This document shows, one piece after another, positions 1-9,066 of a DNA stretch of 58,476 bases. This DNA is from an uncultured Gammaproteobacteria bacterium (GTDB lineage: Bacteria; Patescibacteriota; Patescibacteriia; UBA1558; GWA2-36-10), in contig CAYMZA010000001.1 in the NCBI GenBank assembly GCA_964394835.1, forward strand, positions 1 through 58,476, read 5' to 3'. Under the pieces are notes generated by a model. It did no database searches, was not told the DNA's origin, and saw only the letters and a program-made list of their open reading frames with translations. Position 1 is the first letter of the stretch, and every line of letters starts with the position of its first letter. The position numbers and the translations under genes were made by a program.

Positions 1-26
1 TAAATGGTATTATATAAAGAGATAAT

Positions 27-356
27 ATGAATAAAATATTGATTAAAAAAGATAAATATAAATCTTCAAGGGGTGGATATTCTCGTATATTAAATTTACA
101 TTGTCGTAAATGTAATAATATAATAGCTATATATCAAAAAGATGGCCCTGGTAATTTAAGAAGACTGTATATGGATAGAATTATATCTCCTAAAGAATTA
201 ACCAACTTACATAAACAAGATATAAAAAACATTAATCCAATTAAATGTAATAAATGTAATTTTGTAATCGGTATTCCATATATCTATAAAAAAGAAAAAA
301 GAAAAGCTTTTAGAGTGTTCCAAGGTGCTATTATTAAAAAGATAATAAAACTTTAA
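27..356 (+). CDS. small zinc-ribbon protein, unknown function
   Basis: 109-aa ORF with two CxxC pairs (CRKC near residue 26, CNKC near residue 74). Its stop overlaps the polA ATG (TAATG at 354-358), which suggests translational coupling. No family recognised. Confidence 0.5.
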   Translation: MNKILIKKDKYKSSRGGYSRILNLHCRKCNNIIAIYQKDGPGNLRRLYMDRIISPKELTNLHKQDIKNINPIKCNKCNFVIGIPYIYKKEKRKAFRVFQGAIIKKIIKL

Positions 357-3064
357 TGAACAAAGATAAACTAGTAATAATAGACGGGCATGCATTACTA
401 CATAGAGCGTGGCATGCTATACCCAATCTAAGCACAAAAGATGGTATTATGGTTAATGCTGTATTTGGATATACTTCAATATTATTAAAAATAATAAAAG
501 AATTAAAACCTACTTATCTTTTAGCAACCTTTGATTTAAAAGAAAAGACTTTTAGACATAAAGAATACAAAGAATATAAAGCACATAGAATAAAACAAGT
601 TGATGAATTCTATGATCAAATACCAATGACAGAAGAAGTGTTACAATCTTTAAATATTCCAATACTAACTAAAAAAGGTTTTGAAGCAGATGATGTTATA
701 GGAACAATAGCTAAACAAGCATATAAAAATAATGAAGATTTAGAAATAATAATAGTAACAGGAGATTTAGATGCTCTACAATTAGTAAATGATAGGGTCA
801 AAGTATTTACATTAAAAAGAGGCATGAATGATACTATAACATACAATATAACATCTATTAAAGAAAGGTATGGATTAAAACCAAGACAGATTATAGACCT
901 AAAGGCTATACAAGGAGATGCTTCAGATAATATTAAGGGAGTTAAGGGTATAGGAGAGAAAGGAGCTAAAGATTTAATACAAAAGTTTGAATCTTTAGAA
1001 GGTGTATATGAGAATATAGATAAAATAGAAAAAGAAAGAACTAAAAAACTATTATTAGAAAATAAAAAAGAAGCTTTTGAAAGTAAAAGGTTAGTAACAA
1101 TAGTCCAAGATGTAAATATAGATTGGAATTTAAAATCTTCTCTTGTAAAAGACTTTGACCCTGAAAAAGTATATGAAGTTTTCCAAAAATATGAGTTTAA
1201 CTCTTTATTAAACAAAATACCCCATACTGAAACTAAAATTGATAAAATAAGAAAGGAAGACACGGGATATAAATATATAAACAATGAAAAAGATTTTTTA
1301 GAATTCTATAAACAATTAGAAAAACAAAAAATATTTAGCATAGACACAGAAACCACAGGTTTGAATGTTCTAAATAATGAAATACTGGGAATATCATTTT
1401 CTTGGAAAGAAAAATCTGGAGTATATATTGATATAGATCATAAAGAATTTAAAGATTATGTTCTTAAAAAATTAAAAAAGATTCTAGAAGATAAAAATAT
1501 TAAAAAAGTGGGCCATAATTTAAAATTTGATTACAAAGTATTTAAAGTATTAGATATAAAATTAAACGGAATAGAGTTTGATACATTATTATCCGCTTAT
1601 TTAATAAACTCTAACAGAGGATTCAAATTGGAAGAATTAGCCTTTAGTTACTTGGGATATAAAAAACTAAAATTAATAGATCTATTAGAAGAAAAACCTA
1701 AAAAGAAAGATAAAATTAATATAAGAGAAATACCAATAGATAAACTATCTTGGTATGCAGCAGAAGATGCAGATATTACATGGAGATTATATAAAAAACT
1801 ATTAGAAATTACAAAAGAAGAAAAAAACTTAAAACTACTACAAAAAATAGAAATCCCCTTAATACCTATACTGGCAAATATGGAATTAAATGGAATATTA
1901 TTAAACACAGACTTCTTAAAAAAACTATCCAAAGAATTTGAAAAAACATTAAAAGAATTAACTACAAGGATATATAAACTAGCAGAATCTGAATTTAATA
2001 TAGCTTCTCCTAAACAATTAAAGAAGGTGCTATTTGAAGATTTAAAAATAGATTCTTCTAAAATTAAAAAGACAAAAACAGGACTAAGCACAGCTGCTTC
2101 AGAACTAGACAAAATGAAAAACCTACACCCTATTATTAATTTAATAATACAATACAGAGAATTAAGTAAATTAGTATCTACTTATGTTAATGCTTTACCA
2201 GAATTAATTAACAAAAAAACTAACAGAGTTCATACTAATTTTAATCAAACTATTACAGCTACAGGTAGATTATCATCTTCTAACCCTAATCTACAAAATA
2301 TACCCATTAGAACGGCTCTGGGAAGGCAAATAAGGCAAGCATTTGTAACTCCTATGGGATACACCATGCTAGCAGCAGACTACTCTCAAATAGAATTAAG
2401 ACTAGCAGCGGTAATATCTAAAGATGAGAAAATGATAGATAGTTTTAATAAAGGAGAAGATATACATGCTCGTACAGCAGCCGAAATACATAGTATAGAT
2501 TTAAAGGATGTTACCAAAGAAATACGAAGAACAGCTAAAGAAATTAACTTTGGAATACTATATGGTTTAGGATCCTTAGGATTATCAAAAAGAACAGAAA
2601 TGAACAGAAATGAAGCTAAGGAATTTATTGACAAATATTTTAATATCTACAAAGGAATAAAAAAATACCTAGAAAATACGAAAAACTTTGCGCATGAAAA
2701 TAGCTATGTACAAACTATATTTGGTAGAAGAAGATATTTACCAGATATAAATTCACATATACCCATGATAAAAGCTGCAGCAGAACGAATGGCTATTAAT
2801 ATGCCTATACAAGGTACTGCAGCTGATATTATGAAAATAGCTATGATTAAGATAAATGAAGACTTGCCAAAAATTAGTTCAAAGACTAAAATATTGTTAC
2901 AAGTTCATGATGAATTAATACTAGAAGTGCCAAATAAAGATTTAGATAAAGTTGCTAAGTATGTAAAAAGAACAATGGAAAATGTACATAAACTACCAAT
3001 ACCTTTAATTGCTGACTTAGAAGTAGGAAATAACTGGGGAGAATTAAATAAATATAATAAATAA
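356..3064 (+). CDS. polA: DNA polymerase I (5'-3' exo, 3'-5' exo and polymerase domains)
   Basis: 902-aa ORF. 5'-nuclease N-terminus LVIIDGHALLHRAWHA. Proofreading motifs FSIDTETTGL, NLKFDYKVF and YAAEDADI. Family A motifs LAADYSQIELRLAA (A), RRTAKEINFGILYG (B) and QVHDELILEV (C). Confidence 0.97.
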   Translation: MNKDKLVIIDGHALLHRAWHAIPNLSTKDGIMVNAVFGYTSILLKIIKELKPTYLLATFDLKEKTFRHKEYKEYKAHRIKQVDEFYDQIPMTEEVLQSLNIPILTKKGFEADDVIGTIAKQAYKNNEDLEIIIVTGDLDALQLVNDRVKVFTLKRGMNDTITYNITSIKERYGLKPRQIIDLKAIQGDASDNIKGVKGIGEKGAKDLIQKFESLEGVYENIDKIEKERTKKLLLENKKEAFESKRLVTIVQDVNIDWNLKSSLVKDFDPEKVYEVFQKYEFNSLLNKIPHTETKIDKIRKEDTGYKYINNEKDFLEFYKQLEKQKIFSIDTETTGLNVLNNEILGISFSWKEKSGVYIDIDHKEFKDYVLKKLKKILEDKNIKKVGHNLKFDYKVFKVLDIKLNGIEFDTLLSAYLINSNRGFKLEELAFSYLGYKKLKLIDLLEEKPKKKDKINIREIPIDKLSWYAAEDADITWRLYKKLLEITKEEKNLKLLQKIEIPLIPILANMELNGILLNTDFLKKLSKEFEKTLKELTTRIYKLAESEFNIASPKQLKKVLFEDLKIDSSKIKKTKTGLSTAASELDKMKNLHPIINLIIQYRELSKLVSTYVNALPELINKKTNRVHTNFNQTITATGRLSSSNPNLQNIPIRTALGRQIRQAFVTPMGYTMLAADYSQIELRLAAVISKDEKMIDSFNKGEDIHARTAAEIHSIDLKDVTKEIRRTAKEINFGILYGLGSLGLSKRTEMNRNEAKEFIDKYFNIYKGIKKYLENTKNFAHENSYVQTIFGRRRYLPDINSHIPMIKAAAERMAINMPIQGTAADIMKIAMIKINEDLPKISSKTKILLQVHDELILEVPNKDLDKVAKYVKRTMENVHKLPIPLIADLEVGNNWGELNKYNK

Positions 3065-3065
3065 T

Positions 3066-4016
3066 ATGCTTTTCTTTTACTACGGAGAAAATTCATTTGA
3101 TTCATATCAACAAACTAAAAAAATAGTTGGACAATTTCAAAAAATAGTTGATAAGGATAAATATAATACTGAATATCTTGATGGAGAAAATATAACTCTT
3201 GATGATTTTTTTCATGCTGTAAAAGCAAGTGGTTTTTTAGCAAAAAAAAAGATTATAATAATAAAAAATATATTTGATAATAAAAAGTTAAAAGATATAC
3301 AGGATGAAATAATTAAGTTTCTTAAAACACAAAAAGATATAAAAGAAGAAAACTATATTCTTTTTTGGCAAAATAAAAAACCTGATTCTAGAACTAAACT
3401 ATATAAAACATTAAGTAAGTTTAAAAATAGTAAAGAATTTATTAACCCTACTGGTAGCAAATTAATTAAGTGGATAGAAATAAAAGTAAGTAAGTATAAT
3501 AAAACAATTGATGCTAAGGCTATAAACTTACTAATTTCATATGTTGGTAATAATCTTTGGCAACTTAATCAAGAAATAAATAAATTAGCAAATTATTCTA
3601 AAGAAAATATAAAAGCAGAAGATGTTAAAAAAGTTGTAAAAGCTAAAGCAGATGATAATATATTTAATTTAGTAGATGCTTTGGGTAATAAAAATAAATC
3701 ATTAGCATTACGATTAATAGAGGGTCAATTAAATGATGGCGTAAATATACAATATATTTTAAACATGGCTATTAGGCAATTTCGTTTAATAATAAAAGCA
3801 AAAGCATTAGCAGGACAAACAAAGTACGCAGAAGCATTAGCACAAGTAATGCAGGTTCATCCAATGGTGGCTAGAAAAATATTACCTCAAAGAGAATTAT
3901 ATACAATGGATCAATTAAAAAATATATATAATAAATTATTATATTTTGACAAACAAAGTAAAACTAGTAGTTTGGATAATAGAATATTATTTGTAAAAAT
4001 GATTATTGAATTATAA
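3066..4016 (+). CDS. holA: DNA polymerase III delta subunit (HolA-like)
   Basis: 316-aa ORF starting 2 nt after polA. N-terminal FYYGENSF and central NLWQLNQEINKL resemble the HolA family. Assignment rests on family resemblance only. Confidence 0.75.
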   Translation: MLFFYYGENSFDSYQQTKKIVGQFQKIVDKDKYNTEYLDGENITLDDFFHAVKASGFLAKKKIIIIKNIFDNKKLKDIQDEIIKFLKTQKDIKEENYILFWQNKKPDSRTKLYKTLSKFKNSKEFINPTGSKLIKWIEIKVSKYNKTIDAKAINLLISYVGNNLWQLNQEINKLANYSKENIKAEDVKKVVKAKADDNIFNLVDALGNKNKSLALRLIEGQLNDGVNIQYILNMAIRQFRLIIKAKALAGQTKYAEALAQVMQVHPMVARKILPQRELYTMDQLKNIYNKLLYFDKQSKTSSLDNRILFVKMIIEL

Positions 4017-4044
4017 AAAAACCATCATTTAAATGATAGTTTTT
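4017..4044. terminator. A/T-flanked hairpin between convergent holA and rpsT (possible bidirectional terminator)
   Basis: aaaaACCATCAtttaaaTGATAGTtttt. The stem has one mismatch, with an A-run on one side and a T-run on the other. Confidence 0.45.
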
Positions 4045-4062
4045 ATGCAGCATGAAGAGAGT

Positions 4063-4368
4063 TTATTTTTCTTCTTTTTTAGTTTTAATAGATTCAATTT
4101 TAACACCAGCTTTTTTCAACATAACCATAAATCTAGATTTCTTTCGATTACCAGTATTCTTTTTAATAACACCTGTTTTAACAGCTTTATCTACTGCTTT
4201 TTGTAAAGTATAAATTAAATGATTGGCTTGTTTATCAATATTACCAGCATCAACGGCTTTTTTACCTTTTTTTATAATTTCTTTAATATTTCTTTTAACT
4301 AAAGAATTACTAGCTGTTCTTTTAACAGTTTGTTTTAAATGTTTAATAGCTGCTTTCTTATTTGGCAT
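4063..4368 (-). CDS. rpsT: 30S ribosomal protein bS20
   Basis: 101-aa basic ORF. The N-terminus MPNKKAAIKHLKQTVKRTASN is typical of S20. Confidence 0.93.
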   Translation of the reverse strand: MPNKKAAIKHLKQTVKRTASNSLVKRNIKEIIKKGKKAVDAGNIDKQANHLIYTLQKAVDKAVKTGVIKKNTGNRKKSRFMVMLKKAGVKIESIKTKKEEK

Positions 4369-4436
4369 AACTTATTTTTTTTACTATAATTAAAGTAGTT
4401 AAGATATTAACATATATTAATCATTAAGTCAATATT

Positions 4437-4685
4437 ATGAAAGGATACATTTCACCAGACCAACAAAGATTAGTTATAGAAAAGCTATATTATTCTAATG
4501 ATTCGGTAACAAGTACTCATAGATTTAATAAAAAATACAAAGATAAAACGGGAACAATGGGCCAAGTTACTATGAGGCTTACAACTTTTGGTAGAAAAAT
4601 GAAACGAACAGATTTTTCAAGCTATGATGTAGAAAGATTTACTAAGAGTGTTGTTGGGGATACTTCAGACCTAGAGTCTTTATAA
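4437..4685 (+). CDS. hypothetical small protein (doubtful)
   Basis: 82-aa ORF filling the rpsT-truB gap. It overlaps the truB 3' end by 44 nt. No recognisable motif. Confidence 0.25.
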   Translation: MKGYISPDQQRLVIEKLYYSNDSVTSTHRFNKKYKDKTGTMGQVTMRLTTFGRKMKRTDFSSYDVERFTKSVVGDTSDLESL

Positions 4686-5421
4686 CCTTACCAACATCTA
4701 ATCTATTTTTTTCTAAAATATCTAAACTTAGATTATCTAAATTAATTGCATTATCTAGATTAAAATCTCCAATAGATACTCTTTTTAAATTTGATAATAA
4801 TGCACCCGTTTTTAACTCCCTACCCAAGTCATTAGCTAAGCTACGTATATATGTACCAGCTGAAGATGATACTTTTAACTCTAGTTTAGGATAATTAAAG
4901 CTAGTAATTTTTAAGGAATAAATTTCAACCTCCTTAAAAGGAGGGTCTACTTTTTTACCTTCACGAGCTAAAACGTGTAACTTCTTCCCTTTTATTTTTT
5001 TAGCAGAAAATATAGGTGCTTGTTGATTTTGTTTACCTAAAAACTTTTTTAAATATTTTTCTAACTCTACTCTGTTAAATTCTTTAACATCCTTATTTAT
5101 ATCAATCTTCCCTTCTAAATCATATGTATCGGATATTTGACCAAACAACACTTCTGCTATGTATGTTTTTGGTAAATTATGAAAATAGTCTATCAGTTTT
5201 GTGGCTTTGCCAGTAGCCATAATTAATAAACCGGAAGCTAAGGGATCTAATGTACCAGCAAACCCTATTTTTTTAATATTAAGTATTTTACGCATCACAG
5301 ACACAGCTCTAAAAGAATGAGTGTTTTTTGGTTTGTTTATTAAATAAAAATTAGACTGTTCATCATTAACAATTCTTTCTATTAATCTATTTAATTTTTC
5401 TTTTTTATCTAAAATAATTAT
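4642..5421 (-). CDS. truB: tRNA pseudouridine(55) synthase TruB; true start lies upstream of the ORF-track start
   Basis: The ORF-track start (GTG at 5304) cuts off the conserved N-terminus. The same frame stays open up to the TAA at 5422-5424 and encodes ...SNFYLINKPKNTHSFRAVSVMRKILNIKKIGFAGTLDPLASG, which matches the E. coli pattern LLLDKPQGMSS...GHTGALDPLATG. There is no ATG, GTG or TTG in that 39-codon extension, so the 5' end is uncertain. Confidence 0.85.
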   Translation of the reverse strand: MIILDKKEKLNRLIERIVNDEQSNFYLINKPKNTHSFRAVSVMRKILNIKKIGFAGTLDPLASGLLIMATGKATKLIDYFHNLPKTYIAEVLFGQISDTYDLEGKIDINKDVKEFNRVELEKYLKKFLGKQNQQAPIFSAKKIKGKKLHVLAREGKKVDPPFKEVEIYSLKITSFNYPKLELKVSSSAGTYIRSLANDLGRELKTGALLSNLKRVSIGDFNLDNAINLDNLSLDILEKNRLDVGKVIKTLGLKYPQQHS

Positions 5422-5424
5422 TTA

Positions 5425-6081
5425 TTAATATTTTATAAAAGGATCTATTAAATAAGCTCTGGTATAAGCTAATAATTCATCAAATGACATACCTATTCTT
5501 TCTTTTAATCCTTTAAGTGCCCCATATTTTTTTTCTTTTATAGTTTGTTGGTATGGAAACACCTTATACTTATAGCCATTACCATACCTCTTAACAAAAA
5601 CATTTAACCCTATCTCTATTCTAAATCTATATTTATAAAAACTAGGGACTTTATCCCACACCCATCTTCTTAAAGCTCTTTCTCCTGTATTTATAGCTGA
5701 TTTTTTTAACGTTTTCTGTAACGCATTATCTCTTACACCTAAAAACATATCTGTTTTATTTTCTAAAACGGGTTTAATTATACTCTCTACTATTTCTGAC
5801 GTTAAGTTATGAAGATCAGCATCACAAAAAAATATTATCCCCGCATCACTAACATTAACACCTTTTTGTATTGAATAACTTTTACCTCTATTAACTTTAT
5901 TTTTTAAATATTTTATCTTATTATATTTTTTAACTATTTCTTCTGTATTATCTTTAGAACCATCATCTACAACAATAATTTCATCTAATATATCTGTATC
6001 AACCAACACCCTTAGTACATCTTCTATCCTTTTAGCCTCGTTATACGAAGGAACAATAGCTACTACTTTATTATTTTTCAT
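5425..6081 (-). CDS. family 2 glycosyltransferase
   Basis: VAIVPSYNEAKRIEDVL...IIVVDDGSKDNT and FCDADL (DxD) are GT-A/GT2 hallmarks. The gene ends in a double stop, TAA TAA. Confidence 0.8.
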   Translation of the reverse strand: MKNNKVVAIVPSYNEAKRIEDVLRVLVDTDILDEIIVVDDGSKDNTEEIVKKYNKIKYLKNKVNRGKSYSIQKGVNVSDAGIIFFCDADLHNLTSEIVESIIKPVLENKTDMFLGVRDNALQKTLKKSAINTGERALRRWVWDKVPSFYKYRFRIEIGLNVFVKRYGNGYKYKVFPYQQTIKEKKYGALKGLKERIGMSFDELLAYTRAYLIDPFIKY

Positions 6082-6082
6082 T

Positions 6083-9004
6083 TTATTCTACATTAATTAT
6101 TATAGCAGGTGTAGTAATTAAATTATCACTCCTATCTTTAACTACCATATACAATTTATGAATCCCTACTTCTAATTCATCTTCTAAAGTAACCTTAATA
6201 CTATTACCAGGTGTTTCTATATATGTAAACCAATCAGAATGATTATTTGGTAAAATATGATAAAAGTCAATTTTCTTAACTTGACTAGGTCTATCTAAAT
6301 TTAATTCTATATTCAAAGGTAAATCATCTAGAGGAACATTATCTCCATTACTCGGGTTTAACCAAATTAAATTAAAATCTCTATCAGACGTATCTAATTG
6401 TAGTATTATATTAACACTAGCTTCTTTAAAATTATCTAAATCATCAAATGCTATAGCTTTCAATATATGATTACCATTATTTAAAAATGGATCTACTTGA
6501 TAATTATATGTATATGGTGAATTATGTGCTTCTCCTACTTTTTCATCATCTATGAAAAACTCTATTCTTTCAACACCACGAGGAGAATCTGCTACCGCTG
6601 TCATGTTAAAATTACCTTGCGATATTATATCATTATTGCCAGGACTTGACCAAGAAATATTTGGTTGTAATTCTTCTAAGTGTGTATCATCATATTCTAT
6701 AGGTGGTTCTTCTGTTAAATATCCTTGTTCTTCAGCCCAAGCTTGCACTGGGTCTTCCCATAAGGAGTATTGAGGTTCGTTATTTGGGTTGTCTAAGGGG
6801 TCTCCTAAGGGATCATTAATATTAACATAATTAAGGATATTATGTACTTCTAAATATTTTTTTTCTTCTATTTGGGTATATGGAGTATATTCTGTAGCCA
6901 ATTTACCACTCATCTTATCAATTCTAATAATATTCTCTTGTGCTAATTCACCGCAAACCATTGCTTTACTACAATCATTTAATTCATGTTTTTTAAAATT
7001 CTTAATGCTATAATCTTTAGTAACATATCTCATAAACTTATTCCAAATAGGTGCTGCAGCGCTAGACCCACTAGCACCTTCATTCATAGCATCATTATTA
7101 TTATTGCCAACCCAAACACCAGTGGCTATATTAGGTGTAAACCCTATTGTCCACGCATCTCTGTAATCATTAGTAGTACCTGTTTTAGCAGCAACCTCTC
7201 TATCAGGAAGTATTAGATTATTACTTTCTCCAAAAACATAAGCCCTAGCCTGATTATCTGACAGAACATCATTTAATATTCTTACATATTCTTTATCAAT
7301 CACTCTTCTCCCTTTATTATTATCATTTTTTTCTATGACCTTACCTTCAGAATCTTTTACTTCTAAAATAGCTATACTCTCTTTATATACCCCTTCTCTA
7401 GCAAAGGCTGCATAGGCATTAACATGATCTAATAATTTAACTTCTCCCCCTCCTAATACCAAAGATAATCCATATCTATCTCTTTCATTAAGTGTAGAAT
7501 AACCAAGGTTATGGGCTAAATCTAAAACATTATATACACCAGCTAAGTATAATGTTTTAACAGCTGGAATATTTAATGATCCTGCTAAAGCTTTTCTCAT
7601 TGTTATTGGCCCTCTTTCTTCTAAGTCATAATTTTGAGGCTCATAATCATCCCCGCTAGAAGCAAAATTAGTAACCAAATCAAATATAATAGTCTCTGGT
7701 CTAAATCCTTTTGTAAAAGCTCCTAAATATGCTAAGGGCTTTAAAGAACTGCCTGGTTGTCTTTCAGCTAAAGCAACGTTAACCTGACCATCTATTTCAT
7801 CATTAAAATAGTCTTTAGAGCCTACCATGGCTAATATCTCACTTGTTTCTACATCCAAAGATACCAAAGAAGCATTTGAAGCATTAAATCTTTCTAAATT
7901 ACTAGGCGCAATTTCATCTATAGTCTCTTCTGCCTTTTGTTGAATCTCCCAATCTAAAGATGTTTTAATAACCCAACCACCTTGTTCTATGATATTCGCA
8001 CCATATTTATTTTCTAATAACTCTTTAATATACATTACAAAATGAGGAGCTAATATATTTTCTGCTCTTTTCTTAAATACTAATTCTTGTTGTTTAGCTA
8101 TTTCTAATTCTTCTTCAGTAATATATCCTTGATCTTCCATTAAACCTAAAACTGTATGCTGTCTATCAACTAATAATTCTTTATTATTCCCAAAAGGAGA
8201 ATAGTAAGAAGGTGCCTTAGGCAAAGCTGCTAAAATAGCTGCTTCAGCTATACTTAAATCAACAGCTGACTTATCAAAATAGTATTTAGCGGCTGACTCT
8301 ACACCGTATGCTGAGCCACCATATGGTATTTCATTAAAATATAGTTGTAATATCTCATCTTTATTAAACTTTTGCTCTAAACGATATGATAATATCCACT
8401 CTTTAATCTTTCTAGATATTTTACGTTCATTGGTAAGTATTGCATTCTTAACAAATTGTTGAGTTAATGTAGAGCCACCCTGAGATCTTTTACCACTTAA
8501 ACGAGGAATAATCTGCCCACGAATAATCCCCCTTAAAGATATACCGCTGTGATTGTAGAAATCCTTATCTTCAATGGCTATGGTAGCATTTTTAACATAA
8601 TCAGGTAATTCATCTATGCTAATCAAAGTTCTTTTCTCAGGACCATGTATTTCATACAGCAACGTTTCTCCAGTCCTATCATATATCTTTGTACTTAAAG
8701 CAACAGACCTATCCATTATTTTATATGGATCTGGTAAATCTTTAGAATACCAAGCAAATAATGCTATTATAAAGATACCAAATAAAAAGACAAGAGCAAG
8801 TAAATATGGCCATATTTTCTTTAATGTCCTCTTCCATATACTATTACCCCTGTTTCTATTACTTTTTCTAGTATACGAAAACTTTTTAAACTGTTTTTTA
8901 GGCTTTTTAGGCTTTTTTTGACTTACTTTCTTGGTTATAAACTGAGGCTTAGAATCACCTATCTTACGACTATGAAAACTTGACTTTAGTTGTGGTATTG
9001 GCAT
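6083..9004 (-). CDS. class A penicillin-binding protein (PBP1A-type transglycosylase/transpeptidase) with C-terminal Ig-like extension
   Basis: Lys-rich N-terminus plus a TM anchor. GT51 motifs EDKDFYNHSGIS, GGSTLTQQ and RKIKEW. Transpeptidase motifs SSLK (SxxK), SLN (SxN) and KTGT. About 215 extra C-terminal residues form two beta-rich modules. Confidence 0.93.
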   Translation of the reverse strand: MPIPQLKSSFHSRKIGDSKPQFITKKVSQKKPKKPKKQFKKFSYTRKSNRNRGNSIWKRTLKKIWPYLLALVFLFGIFIIALFAWYSKDLPDPYKIMDRSVALSTKIYDRTGETLLYEIHGPEKRTLISIDELPDYVKNATIAIEDKDFYNHSGISLRGIIRGQIIPRLSGKRSQGGSTLTQQFVKNAILTNERKISRKIKEWILSYRLEQKFNKDEILQLYFNEIPYGGSAYGVESAAKYYFDKSAVDLSIAEAAILAALPKAPSYYSPFGNNKELLVDRQHTVLGLMEDQGYITEEELEIAKQQELVFKKRAENILAPHFVMYIKELLENKYGANIIEQGGWVIKTSLDWEIQQKAEETIDEIAPSNLERFNASNASLVSLDVETSEILAMVGSKDYFNDEIDGQVNVALAERQPGSSLKPLAYLGAFTKGFRPETIIFDLVTNFASSGDDYEPQNYDLEERGPITMRKALAGSLNIPAVKTLYLAGVYNVLDLAHNLGYSTLNERDRYGLSLVLGGGEVKLLDHVNAYAAFAREGVYKESIAILEVKDSEGKVIEKNDNNKGRRVIDKEYVRILNDVLSDNQARAYVFGESNNLILPDREVAAKTGTTNDYRDAWTIGFTPNIATGVWVGNNNNDAMNEGASGSSAAAPIWNKFMRYVTKDYSIKNFKKHELNDCSKAMVCGELAQENIIRIDKMSGKLATEYTPYTQIEEKKYLEVHNILNYVNINDPLGDPLDNPNNEPQYSLWEDPVQAWAEEQGYLTEEPPIEYDDTHLEELQPNISWSSPGNNDIISQGNFNMTAVADSPRGVERIEFFIDDEKVGEAHNSPYTYNYQVDPFLNNGNHILKAIAFDDLDNFKEASVNIILQLDTSDRDFNLIWLNPSNGDNVPLDDLPLNIELNLDRPSQVKKIDFYHILPNNHSDWFTYIETPGNSIKVTLEDELEVGIHKLYMVVKDRSDNLITTPAIIINVE

Positions 9005-9008
9005 AATG

Positions 9009-9037
9009 TTTTCATTATATCAAAAATACGGTATAAT
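9009..9037 (+). promoter_or_regulatory. candidate sigma70-type promoter for tyrS
   Basis: TTTTCA (9009-9014), 17-nt spacer, TATAAT (9032-9037), 30 nt before the tyrS ATG. Confidence 0.35.
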
Positions 9038-9066
9038 TTAAATACTTAATTAAAATAATCAAAAGT

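Noticed and set aside
616-1284. Long antisense ORFs listed in the track. Examples: 616-1284(-), 1648-2112(-), 17548-18243(+), 35500-35898(+), 37828-38175(+), 38356-38685(+), 40075-40527(+), 44120-44476(+), 46128-46487(+), 49153-49644(+), 52535-52816(+), 54768-55040(-).
   Set aside because: Each lies fully inside, and opposite to, a confidently identified conserved gene (polA, yebC, the RodZ-like gene, ftsK, rpoC, rpoB, the Mur ligase, ruvA, dnaN, rnpA). Their translations are low-complexity Ser/Phe/Leu/Ile-rich strings, as expected from the reverse complement of Lys/Glu/Asn-rich AT-rich coding DNA. They are shadow ORFs.
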